A DNA stretch of 64,000 bases. Origin: Candidatus Sericytochromatia bacterium. GTDB taxonomy: Bacteria > Cyanobacteriota > Sericytochromatia > S15B-MN24 > JAQBPE01. The stretch spans positions 32,001 through 96,000 of the forward strand of contig JAYKHR010000066.1 of assembly GCA_035285125.1 (NCBI GenBank), read 5' to 3'. The notes below the pieces were generated by a model. The model made no database searches. It saw only the letters and a program-made list of their open reading frames with translations, and had not been told where the DNA came from. Numbering within the stretch: position 1 is the stretch's first letter; each line of letters opens with the position of its first letter. The translations under genes and the position numbers were made by a program. Positions 53,149-62,025 of the stretch are shown here, one piece after another.

Positions 53149-53679
53149 TGCTGAACGCGGGTCGCCCCCGACCGCGGCCCGCACCCGCGCCAGCCTGCTG
53201 CACCCGTCGCACGCCCCGCAGGGCGGCCAGCTCGTGCAGCCGTGCCCGACCCCGGCTGGCACCCCGAGCCAGCGTCCAAGGCGGGCCACCTCCAGCATCG
53301 GTGCCATCCGAAAGGGTGCCCACACGCCGATGCCTTCGCTGGCGCACGCGGCCGCCAGCGCCACCCAGCCGAGGCCGGCGGCCTCCTCCCGGCAGACAGG
53401 CAGCACCAGCCACTGGCATCGATGCGCGGCCGCTGTCGCGACGGCTGGTCCCCAGCCCCCGGGGCTGGTGAGGCCGTGTGAGGTCGCCACCGGGACGGCT
53501 CCCACCAGGCTTGGCCCGCCGACGGGCGCCAGGTCCCGCCACCCGAGCCCGCCCTGGCGGAGCCAGGCAGCGGCGACCTCGGAGCCCAGGCTGCCATCCC
53601 GCCACAGCCCGACAGACTCTCCGATGGGAATGGGGCACGGTGCCGGCCAAGGGCCAACGGGCCCCGGAGCGGCCGTCAA
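53140..53679 (-). CDS. Degenerate QueC-like protein
   Basis: TTGA coupling to purA; APF......EVARLG..LGVP.....C....PCG.C.GC.R matches the QueC C-terminus; PP-loop reads DGSLGS. Confidence 0.55.
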   Translation of the reverse strand: MTAAPGPVGPWPAPCPIPIGESVGLWRDGSLGSEVAAAWLRQGGLGWRDLAPVGGPSLVGAVPVATSHGLTSPGGWGPAVATAAAHRCQWLVLPVCREEAAGLGWVALAAACASEGIGVWAPFRMAPMLEVARLGRWLGVPAGVGHGCTSWPPCGACDGCSRLARVRAAVGGDPRSASG

Positions 53680-54992
53680 CGCTGGGCTTCGAGGACCCGC
53701 CGGGGGCCTCGAAGGAGGTCCAGGGCCACGATGGCGGACGCTCTGTCTGCCCCCACCCCGATCATGGCGATCGGCACCCCGGTGAGGGCCTCGATGCGGG
53801 CCAGGAAGGCGCGGGCCTGTGGCGGCAGGTCCTCCAGCGCCTTGGCCTCCCCCGTGGGCGAGCACCACCCCGGCATTTCCTCGACGACGGGCTCGCATCG
53901 GGCCAGCACCTCCGCGTCGTCGGGCATGTCCGTCAGCAGCGTGTCGCCGAACCTGTAGGCCGTGCAGATGCCGATGCGCTCGAAAGTATCCAGCACGTCG
54001 AGCTTCGTGAGGGCCAGGGCGTCTAGGCCGTTCACCCGCGCCGCGTGCCGCACCACCACCGCGTCGAACCAGCCGCAGCGGCGCGGCCTGCCCGTGGTGG
54101 TGCCGAACTCGCCACCGGCCTCCCGCAGCTGGGCTCCGAGGCCATCCAGCGACTCGGTGGGGAACGGGCCAGCCCCCACGCGGGTGGTGTAGGCCTTGGT
54201 GACGCCAAGCACCCGGTCGATGCCCGTGGGCCCGATCCCCGTGCCCAGGCAGGCCCCCGCAGCGACGGGGTGGGAAGAGGTCACGAAGGGGTACGTGCCG
54301 GCGTCGAGATCGAGCATGGTGCCCTGGGCACCCTCGAAGAGGATGGCCTCCCCGCGGCGCGCGGCGTCGGCCACGACGCTCGAGGCATCTCCGATCCAGG
54401 GGCGCAGCCTGGCCCCGTAACCGGCGTAGGTGTCGACGACCTCGTCCAGCGACAGCGGTTGTTCGCCGTACAGCTGGCCCAAAACCGCGTTCTTCGCCGG
54501 CAGCAGGGCCGCGACCCTGTCGCGCAGGCGAACTGGGTCGAGCAGGTCCATCAGCCGCACGCCCGACCGCGCAACCTTGTCGGTGTAGGTGGGCCCGATG
54601 CCGCGCCCCGTGGTACCGATCGCCCCTGCCCCGCGCGCCCGCTCCTCGGCGGCGTCCAGGCTGCGGTGCCAGGGCATTGTGACGTGGGCCCCGCGCGCGA
54701 TCGTCAGGGCCTCGAGCGCGATGCCACGCGCCAACAGGCCCTCCAGTTCGGCAATCAGCAAGGGCGGATCGACGACGACCCCCGCCCCCAGCACGCAGCG
54801 CACGCCAGGGTGAAGGATGCCGGATGGCACCAGGTGGAGCTTGAAGGTGGTGCCCCCGACGATCACGGTGTGACCCGCGTTGGCGCCACCCTGGAAGCGC
54901 ACCACCACGTCGGCGTGCGCAGCCAACATGTCGGTGATCTTGCCCTTGCCCTCGTCACCCCACTGGGCGCCAACCACCACGACGGTCGCCAT
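53676..54992 (-). CDS. purA: Adenylosuccinate synthetase
   Basis: GAQWGDEGKGK, GGANAGHT, GTT.RGIGP, EGAQG, TTGR.RR, TKLD; AGGAGG SD. Confidence 0.97.
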   Translation of the reverse strand: MATVVVVGAQWGDEGKGKITDMLAAHADVVVRFQGGANAGHTVIVGGTTFKLHLVPSGILHPGVRCVLGAGVVVDPPLLIAELEGLLARGIALEALTIARGAHVTMPWHRSLDAAEERARGAGAIGTTGRGIGPTYTDKVARSGVRLMDLLDPVRLRDRVAALLPAKNAVLGQLYGEQPLSLDEVVDTYAGYGARLRPWIGDASSVVADAARRGEAILFEGAQGTMLDLDAGTYPFVTSSHPVAAGACLGTGIGPTGIDRVLGVTKAYTTRVGAGPFPTESLDGLGAQLREAGGEFGTTTGRPRRCGWFDAVVVRHAARVNGLDALALTKLDVLDTFERIGICTAYRFGDTLLTDMPDDAEVLARCEPVVEEMPGWCSPTGEAKALEDLPPQARAFLARIEALTGVPIAMIGVGADRASAIVALDLLRGPRRVLEAQR

Positions 54993-55134
54993 CCACTTCC
55001 TCCTTCCCGGGCCGCGGCCCGGCCGGCCCATGATGCCCCAGCGCCAGCGGCCTGCCAAGTTGTCCCTGCAGCGAGGTTCCTGGCGTTGTCCGTGGCACGG
55101 CCAGCACCTACAGTGGTCACCGGGGGCAACGGGC

Positions 55135-56661
55135 ATGCAGCGCGACGAGTGGGGTGGACCTGCGCCGCGGGAGGGCGTGGGCGGTGGGCGGGACCGGGAG
55201 GCCCCCGGCCGGTCCGCGCTTGCCGGCTACGTGGCCCAGCTGGACCGCATCGTGGGTGAAGCGCGCGAGCCCTCTTGGCTGGAGGCGGCCCGAGCCCTGG
55301 CCCGCGTGCCTGCTCCCGAGGGGCTGCTGGTCGGCCACGTGGTAGAGCGGAAACGGCGGGAGTTGCTCGGACGGTTCGACCGCATGCGCACCCGCCACGT
55401 GCGCGTGGACGTGGCCGATCGGCCAGCGTGGTTGCGCGGGCTCCAGGCGTGTGCGGAGCTGGCGGGGTGCACCGAGTTGCTCCTGACAGGGGCTGGGGAG
55501 GCGAGGCGATGCCTGCTGCAAGCGGGCCGCTCCTGGCAGCCACACGCCCCGGAACCGGCAGCAGGACTCACGGGCGCAGGATTTGCAGCCCCGTCGGATC
55601 GTGGCGAGGCCTACTTGGACCTGGTGACGGGCTGGCTGACGCTGGCTGGTCCCCCGATGTTCGTGCGGGAGGCCCTGCGCAACCTGGATCGGCTGGACTG
55701 TCAGCTTCCACTGGACGTCCACGTGCCCTGGGATCCCCGTCGAGACTGGCTAGAGGGTTCTCCACAGGGCATGCGGGTGCAGCTGACGAACCTGTCCCAA
55801 GACATCCTCGTGGTCGCCGAGGTGGGAAGCCCGGAGCCGGGGGCGCTGGCAGAACACCTCCGGCGGTCGTCCCTGGGCAGGCTGAGACACGTCGAGGCCG
55901 AGGGGTGCTACGAGTACGAGCCCGCAGCCCCGGGGGTCACGGCCCCGGTGTTTCATTGCGTGGTGCTCCGCCCCGGGCAAAGTCGCACGGTCGTCTGGAA
56001 CCTGCCGGCAGGCGAGGCCGGGGACGGCTGGCGCCGCTTCGAGGTCACGCTGGCTCGCCTGTCGCCGGCCCAGTTCGCCACGCACGCCTACATGCCCGCT
56101 CCGCGGACAGGCTTCGGCGTGCCGGCCAGCATCCGCTACGTGCGCCCGACCCCCGACCTTCAGGAGGAACCGGGGGACTGGACCAGCGTCCTGCTACCGG
56201 ATGCCGGGCGGCTGCCGTGGCAGCGCTCCGCCTGGCAGCTGCCGGTGTTCGTCCAACCCAGGGCCTTCTCGGCGGCCCAGGCACGGACGCTCGTCAGCCC
56301 TGAGCTGACGCCGATCCACTACTCCCGGTGGCAGCAGGCCTGGGTGTTGGCCGACGGCGCCGGCTCGGTGCTGGCCTGGCAGGACCGCATCGAGCGGCAG
56401 CCACGCGTTGACCCGGCGTGCTATGTGGTGGTGGACAGCCAGGACCAGCGGCTGGCCCTCCAGATATCGGGGCGTGCCCTGCCGCAGGCCCGGGAGGCGT
56501 TGGTGGCGGTGCAAGACTGGGCCAGCCACGGCCTCGGGCTGCCCGTGCACCTCCCCCGCGCCGCACTGCCGTCGCTCTGGCGCCTGGCGGAACGCCACGG
56601 CCTTCAGCTGGGCGTCGCGCGGGACGTCCTCGGACGCGCCATCCTGCACCTGGACCCGTGA
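55135..56661 (+). CDS. Hypothetical protein, about 508 aa
   Basis: Long ORF divergent from purA; TACAGT upstream; ends before a hairpin; no recognised motif. Confidence 0.65.
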   Translation: MQRDEWGGPAPREGVGGGRDREAPGRSALAGYVAQLDRIVGEAREPSWLEAARALARVPAPEGLLVGHVVERKRRELLGRFDRMRTRHVRVDVADRPAWLRGLQACAELAGCTELLLTGAGEARRCLLQAGRSWQPHAPEPAAGLTGAGFAAPSDRGEAYLDLVTGWLTLAGPPMFVREALRNLDRLDCQLPLDVHVPWDPRRDWLEGSPQGMRVQLTNLSQDILVVAEVGSPEPGALAEHLRRSSLGRLRHVEAEGCYEYEPAAPGVTAPVFHCVVLRPGQSRTVVWNLPAGEAGDGWRRFEVTLARLSPAQFATHAYMPAPRTGFGVPASIRYVRPTPDLQEEPGDWTSVLLPDAGRLPWQRSAWQLPVFVQPRAFSAAQARTLVSPELTPIHYSRWQQAWVLADGAGSVLAWQDRIERQPRVDPACYVVVDSQDQRLALQISGRALPQAREALVAVQDWASHGLGLPVHLPRAALPSLWRLAERHGLQLGVARDVLGRAILHLDP

Positions 56662-56668
56662 CAAGGAA

Positions 56669-56690
56669 CCCCCTGGCACCTGCCAGGGGG
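56669..56690. terminator. Hairpin between convergent genes
   Basis: CCCCCTGGCA-cc-TGCCAGGGGG. Confidence 0.7.
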
Positions 56691-56705
56691 TCGGGTAAGG
56701 GAGGC

Positions 56706-57494
56706 TCAGCGTCGACGGCCCGGCGTGCTGGGCGGGGCTGGCTGCGCGGGCGGCGCGGGCGGGGCACCAGCCGGGTCCTCTGCCGGGGGCGCCGGCGGCG
56801 CAGCGGGGTCCTCTGGCGCCGGAGGCGCGGGAGGGGCCGGCGGCGTCCCACCGCCCGGCGTGCCGCCAAGGGCCTCGACCACCAGCTCTATGTACAGGTC
56901 CTCGAACTCAGCTTGCCCGAGCTTGCCGTCTCCCGTCTTGTCGGCGGCTCCAAAGGCCTCAGCGGAGACCTTCGTGAGCTTCACCGTGACGCCGAGCCGC
57001 GGGTACTCGAAGGTCAGGCCGAGGCGGGCCATATCCCGGTTGCTCGTTTCGTTCTTCACGAGCAGACCGTCACGGGGGGAGACGTCCAGCCGGGAGAACG
57101 CCCTGGACAGCCCCGAACGCAATCGGTTCGCGAAGGCGGCCGGCGTGTCCCGGAAAAAGAACATGTTGGTGATGGCGTAGGTCTTGAATTCGGTGAAGGT
57201 GAGCTTGTTGTTGCGGTTCTTGTCCGCCTTCCGGAAGTCGTCCATCGACATCGTAGGCCCTGCCTCGTACTCGTCGATGGCCCTGTTGCTGTCCTTGTCG
57301 AGGCGGGCGAAGAGCGCCTCGTGGACGCGGGAGAGCCCCTTGGTCAGGGACTTCGTGGCCTCGGCATCGAAGGCCGTCCCCGGGGTGCGGGTCGCCGCGC
57401 CGAGCACACCGGCGGTGCCGCAACCGGACAGCAGCAGGGTCAACGAGACCAGGCCAGCTGCAGCCGTGCGGTGGGGGAGCGAGCGCTTGAACAC
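56706..57494 (-). CDS. EF-hand lipoprotein with a Pro/Ala-rich tail
   Basis: Lipobox LSGC; loops DKDSNRAIDEYE, DKNRNNKLTFTE, DVSPRDGLL..NE, DKTGDGKLGQAE; AAGGAGGT SD. Confidence 0.85.
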   Translation of the reverse strand: MFKRSLPHRTAAAGLVSLTLLLSGCGTAGVLGAATRTPGTAFDAEATKSLTKGLSRVHEALFARLDKDSNRAIDEYEAGPTMSMDDFRKADKNRNNKLTFTEFKTYAITNMFFFRDTPAAFANRLRSGLSRAFSRLDVSPRDGLLVKNETSNRDMARLGLTFEYPRLGVTVKLTKVSAEAFGAADKTGDGKLGQAEFEDLYIELVVEALGGTPGGGTPPAPPAPPAPEDPAAPPAPPAEDPAGAPPAPPAQPAPPSTPGRRR

Positions 57495-57542
57495 GGGAGG
57501 ACCTCCTTGCTACCGGAACCTTAACCGACCTTAATGATTTCT

Positions 57543-57569
57543 TTATCCCGCATAACCTTCAAAACTTGC
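57543..57569 (-). promoter_or_regulatory. sigma28-like promoter GCAAGTTT-N11-CGGGATAA
   Basis: Same geometry as the element at 20630-20656; AT-rich island. Confidence 0.4.
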
Positions 57570-57580
57570 GCGCCGCAGGC

Positions 57581-57612
57581 AAAAAAAAAGCCTGGCCGAT
57601 CGGGCCAGACCT
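57581..57612 (-). terminator. Rho-independent terminator
   Basis: CTGGCC/GGCCAG stem followed by T9 on the minus strand. Confidence 0.85.
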
Positions 57613-57636
57613 TGTTCGGGAGCTGTTTGTGAGCCG

Positions 57637-58023
57637 TTATCCACCGGAGCGGCGGCGGCACTCTTCGAGAAACGCGTGCGCGCTGAGGTCGTCTTCCTCG
57701 CCCGCGGGCACGCCTGGCGCATCATCGTCCAGCCGGGCAGCCAGCATCCTCAGCACCTGGTGGCTGGAGCGGGCGAGGGCCGCTGCCGCCAGCGGCCGGG
57801 ACAGGAACTCGTGCCGCCGGACGTCCATCACGCCAATCGCGTCCTCGAGGATGTCCAGCAGGCCGCCAGGTGGGCCGCCCGCGGCCTGAAGCGCGGCGAG
57901 CCGCTCGGCCTCACGAGGCGACACCAGCACGAACAGATGCCCGTCGAGCGTCTCGAGGATGCACGCCCGGTGCCGCTGCCCGAGGTGGTCTTCCAGGGTC
58001 ACGCGACGGTCGAAAGAGAGCAT
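57637..58023 (-). CDS. Hypothetical protein
   Basis: GAGGAGG SD before ATG58023; followed by a terminator. Confidence 0.6.
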   Translation of the reverse strand: MLSFDRRVTLEDHLGQRHRACILETLDGHLFVLVSPREAERLAALQAAGGPPGGLLDILEDAIGVMDVRRHEFLSRPLAAAALARSSHQVLRMLAARLDDDAPGVPAGEEDDLSAHAFLEECRRRSGG

Positions 58024-58064
58024 CAGGCGTGCCTCCTCGGTTCGGTTGCCCAACCTGTCTCTAC

Positions 58065-60128
58065 TTACCCATCACCATGCGTCGGCTCACCGGGGGCGGC
58101 CTCCGTCGCCGCCCCTGTCGCGGCAGCCCCGAGCGACGGCTCGCCAGCCGACGCTTCCACAGCGACAGGCACCACGGCCGTGAGGTCCTCCCCGATCATG
58201 GCCGCCACCGTCTTGCGCAGGTCGTCGGCCTTGACCGCCTCGGGTGGCACCGGCGCGGAGAAGTACAGGTCGACGCGGGACCAGGCACCCCGTCGGAACG
58301 GCTGCGACAGGGCGCGACCGCCGGCGTAGCTGAAGTAGCTTCCCCACAGGCCTCGCAGGCCCACCGGCACGACGGGCACCGGTGTCCGCGCCACAATGCG
58401 CTCCACGCCCGTCCGGAAGGGCATGAGGCGGCCGTCCTTGGTGATCTCCCCCTCAGGGAAGATGCACACGAGTTCCCCCGCTGCCAGGTCCGCCGCGATC
58501 TGGTCCATAGCCCGGTTCAGCACCTCCGGATCCTCCTTCGCGGGGTAGATCGGAATGATCTTGGCGTCGTGCACGAGGCGCTTCATGAGGGGGTGCCTGG
58601 CAAAGCCAGCCCACATCACGAAGTGGACGGGACGCCGGATGGCGGCGCCGATGAAGAGCCAGTCGATGAAGGAGGGGTGGTTGCAAATGAGCAGGGCGCC
58701 CCCGGTTTCGGGCACGTGGTGCACGCCGTGGACGTGGAGCCTGTAGGCGAGCCTCGTGATCAGCCACCCCTGGAAGCGCAGCGTGAACTCCGGGATGAGC
58801 GTGTAGATGTAAATCGCGACGGCCGCGTTGACCAGGGCCAGCATCACGAAGATGTGCGGGATTGTGAGCGCCAACCCGCCCGCCGAAGGGCCCTGGGCCG
58901 TCAGGTGGATCAACTTCATCTGCAGGGGCGCGTAGGCCACGATGAACAGGGCGTTCACGATGTTGTTCGCCGCGATCACCCGCGACCGCATCTCGGGCCG
59001 GGCCCAGCTCTGCAAGGCCGTGTACAGCGGTACGAGGAAGATTCCGGCGAAGGTGGCGATGAGGAACAGGTCCGCCATGACGCGCCAGTTGGCCGGATGC
59101 GCCAGCAGGGTCCCAGCAGTCTGGGTGCCCGCGGCCTGCGAGGCCAGCTGGGAGGCCGAGCCGGCCGCCCAGGCGAGGTCCAGGGTGAAGACGCTCACAC
59201 CGAGGGAGCCCAGGGGCACCAGGCCCAGCTCGAGCTTGTTGAAGGAGAGGCGTTCACACACCACCGACCCCACGCCCACCCCCACCGAGAACAGCGCGAG
59301 GAACAGCACCGCCACGCTCTCGTCGGCCCTGAGTGAGTCCTTGACCCACGGCGTCATCAGCCCCAGGAACGCGAACCCGAACGTCCAGAGCCAGGAGATG
59401 CCCAGGATCGAGTTCCAGAGGCCCTTCTCGTGCGCTGTGGCCGCGCAGATGCGCCACGTGGTGGTGAAGGGGTTCCAGTCGATGCGAAGATCAGGCGCCT
59501 CCGAGGCGACGGCCGGCAGGGCGAGCGTCGCGCCCCACCCGATGAGCGCGAGCACGGGCAGCAGCAAGGCGATGACGGCGCTGCCCACCTCCACCGCGGA
59601 GCCGGCCAGGGGGGCATGCGCCGCGATGAGCAGGCCGCCCACCACACCCCCGAGCAGGATCGACAGGTTCGTGCCGCCTTCGACCAGCGCGTTGCCGGCC
59701 ACCAGTTCGTCGTCCCGCAGATACTGGGGTAGCGCACTGTACTTCAGCGGGCCGAAAAACGTGGCCTGGGTGCCCACCAAGAACAGCACGGCCAGCAGCA
59801 GCCCGGAGAGATGGAACCAGAACCCCACGGCTGCGATGGCCATGAGGATGACCTCCCAGAGCTTGAAGCGCTGGATGAGCAGGGTCTTGGGGTACTTGTC
59901 CGCAATCTGTCCGGCGAGAGAAGAGAAGAAAAAGTACGGCAACACCAGCAGGGCGGTGGCGAAGGTGCCCATCTGGGCCGCGGGCACGCCCCACACCGTC
60001 ACGCCCTGGAAGGTGATCAGCAACACCAGCGCCTGTTTCAGGATGTTGTCGTTGAAGGATCCCAGGAATTGTGCCCAGAACAGGGGCGCGAAGCGGCGGG
60101 TTCCGAGAAGGCTGAAGCTGTTCGACAT
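58065..60128 (-). CDS. MFS transporter fused to a PlsC-type acyltransferase (LplT/Aas-like)
   Basis: RRF.PLF..QFLG.FNDN; about 12 TM; NHPSFID; IFPEG. Confidence 0.9.
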   Translation of the reverse strand: MSNSFSLLGTRRFAPLFWAQFLGSFNDNILKQALVLLITFQGVTVWGVPAAQMGTFATALLVLPYFFFSSLAGQIADKYPKTLLIQRFKLWEVILMAIAAVGFWFHLSGLLLAVLFLVGTQATFFGPLKYSALPQYLRDDELVAGNALVEGGTNLSILLGGVVGGLLIAAHAPLAGSAVEVGSAVIALLLPVLALIGWGATLALPAVASEAPDLRIDWNPFTTTWRICAATAHEKGLWNSILGISWLWTFGFAFLGLMTPWVKDSLRADESVAVLFLALFSVGVGVGSVVCERLSFNKLELGLVPLGSLGVSVFTLDLAWAAGSASQLASQAAGTQTAGTLLAHPANWRVMADLFLIATFAGIFLVPLYTALQSWARPEMRSRVIAANNIVNALFIVAYAPLQMKLIHLTAQGPSAGGLALTIPHIFVMLALVNAAVAIYIYTLIPEFTLRFQGWLITRLAYRLHVHGVHHVPETGGALLICNHPSFIDWLFIGAAIRRPVHFVMWAGFARHPLMKRLVHDAKIIPIYPAKEDPEVLNRAMDQIAADLAAGELVCIFPEGEITKDGRLMPFRTGVERIVARTPVPVVPVGLRGLWGSYFSYAGGRALSQPFRRGAWSRVDLYFSAPVPPEAVKADDLRKTVAAMIGEDLTAVVPVAVEASAGEPSLGAAATGAATEAAPGEPTHGDG

Positions 60129-60192
60129 AGGCCCCTCGTACCCAGGGCAGCCCGGGCAGATACGGGTGCCCGGGCCCGGGCTGGCGAACGGC

Positions 60193-60645
60193 TCAAAGCC
60201 TCTCCAAATCCCCTGGCGCCGGCCTGAGCAGGAGGCAGGCGCCTGCCCATCGATGCAACACGGCGTCGCTGGTGCTTCCGAGCAAGAGGCGCTCCAGCCC
60301 GCTGTGGGCGTGGGCGCCCATCACGATCACGTCCACCCCCAGGCTCCGAGCCAGGTCGAGGATCTCGTGCGTGGGGTTTCCCGTTCGCTCGTGCACCGTG
60401 GCCCTGACACCGAGCGAGGCCAGCAGCTCCTTCGCCCGAGCGCCGTCGCGCACGGCAGATTCGGTTTCCTGGGCGATCGCCGGGCCAGCGCCAGCCAGCG
60501 GCGCTTCCGGCGCAGCCAGCAGGGGCAACAGGTTGGCAACACTGAGCACGTGCACCTCGGCGCGCTCCAGCGCGAGCAGGGCGACGGCCTTGGCGATGGC
60601 GGCGTGGGACCAGCGACTTCCGTCCGTCGTGACGAGCACCTTCAT
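60193..60645 (-). CDS. Universal stress protein
   Basis: KVLV..DGS, G.P...I, D.IVMG, LLGS.S..VL; AGGAGG SD. Confidence 0.9.
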   Translation of the reverse strand: MKVLVTTDGSRWSHAAIAKAVALLALERAEVHVLSVANLLPLLAAPEAPLAGAGPAIAQETESAVRDGARAKELLASLGVRATVHERTGNPTHEILDLARSLGVDVIVMGAHAHSGLERLLLGSTSDAVLHRWAGACLLLRPAPGDLERL

Positions 60646-60869
60646 TCTGGCTGTCCTCCTCGGGGCGCGCGAACTTCGCGGCGCTCCGAGAAGGAGCATA
60701 GCGCCCTGGCAGGGAGGCGCCATCTGAAGCAATCACCGATCTGCATCGTTCACCCCGTGGTTTTTGCGGATGGTGGTCCCCGCGCTGGGGCACTACGATC
60801 ATGACCCCCCTGGGGCTTCGCGTGCGGCGCGCGCTTGCCCCGTGAGCCCCTCTCAGGTTTGGCCCCACG

Positions 60870-61568
60870 ATGCCCCACCAGCCCCCACAACTCCGTGCCC
60901 ACGAGGCTGGCCCCCACGGGGCAGCGCCCATCCGGATCCTGGTGGCGGACGACCACGCCGTGGTCAGGACCGGCATCGCCGCCGTCCTGGCGGGGGAGCC
61001 TGACATGCAGCTGGTTGGGGAGGCCGGCGATGGGGCCGCAGCCCTCCGGCTCGCCAGGGAGCTGAGGCCCGATCTCGCGGTGCTCGACCTGAACATGCCT
61101 CACATGGGCGGGATGGAGGCCCTCAAGGCCATCCGCGAGGAATTGCCGGAGACGCGCGTGCTCGTGCTCACCTCCGTCGAGGAGGATGCCTGGGTGTTCC
61201 GCGTCCTGGAGGCCGGTGGGGCGGGCTACGTGCTCAAGCGGGCGGCCGCGGAAGAGTTGGTGGAGGCCATTCGCACGGTGATGGCCGGGGGCGCCTTCGT
61301 CCGGCCAGCGATCGTTCAGGCGCTCGCGGCGGACTACGTGGCCCGGGAGCCCCTGCCCGAAGCGCCTGGGCGTGAGCGCCTGACGCCTCGCGAGCGGGAG
61401 ATCTTGGGGTTGGTCGCGCGGGGGATGACGAACCAGGAGATCGCCGAGGATCTGGTGATCAGCGTCCGGACCGTGGAAACGCACCGGGCGCACGTCATGG
61501 ACAAGCTGGGCTTCAAGAACCGGGCAGAGCTCGTGTCGTACGCCATCCGCAGGGGCATCCTGTCGTGA
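60870..61568 (+). CDS. NarL/LuxR-family response regulator
   Basis: ADDH, LDL.MP, LT, GY.LK, LT.RE.EIL..VA.G.TN.EIA, TV.TH. Confidence 0.93.
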   Translation: MPHQPPQLRAHEAGPHGAAPIRILVADDHAVVRTGIAAVLAGEPDMQLVGEAGDGAAALRLARELRPDLAVLDLNMPHMGGMEALKAIREELPETRVLVLTSVEEDAWVFRVLEAGGAGYVLKRAAAEELVEAIRTVMAGGAFVRPAIVQALAADYVAREPLPEAPGRERLTPREREILGLVARGMTNQEIAEDLVISVRTVETHRAHVMDKLGFKNRAELVSYAIRRGILS

Positions 61569-62025
61569 ATGCGCCCCCACCACCCGGTGGGAAGAGGCTC
61601 TCCCAGGCGGCTGGCGCCCTACCGCTGGAACAGGTCTGTCGCGCAGCCGGCCTTCTACACGCCGAGCGCGATCCCGAACGGGTGGTTCAGCGGCTGTATG
61701 CCTCCGCTGAGGAGTCGCTGGGCATCACAGGCCTTCTCGTGCTCACCCTGCAGCCGGATGGGTCGACGGTGCGCCGTTGTCGGGCTGTGGGGGGGAGCCC
61801 GAGCTTCGCTCCTTGACCGCGACCACCGTGCTCAGTGCCTGCCGGCTCTCGTCTCCCCTGCTCCCAGCGTCGAGCGAGGGCCCGGGTCCAGCCATCGCCT
61901 CAGGTGCAGTGCCCCCGGCTGGGGAGAGAGTTCGTCGTGGCCTGGCTTCCCCCAGGGGCCACCAGATGGTCCGGCACCTGGTCGACCACGCCCTCGGAAT
62001 CGAGTCGGGCCCGGTGCTGGGCTAG
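61565..62025 (+). pseudogene. Probably frameshifted sensor/GAF-like gene
   Basis: GTGA-coupled 83-aa ORF stops soon after a G7 tract (61789-61795); one extra G extends it to TAG 62025. Confidence 0.35.

Noticed and set aside
57637..58023. Bifunctional nuclease (DUF151) similarity
   Set aside because: Only a short resemblance; RP/RPSD motifs absent
60646..60869. DosR box between the USP and the regulator
   Set aside because: Only half-matches (GGTCCCC, GGCCCC), expected by chance at this GC content
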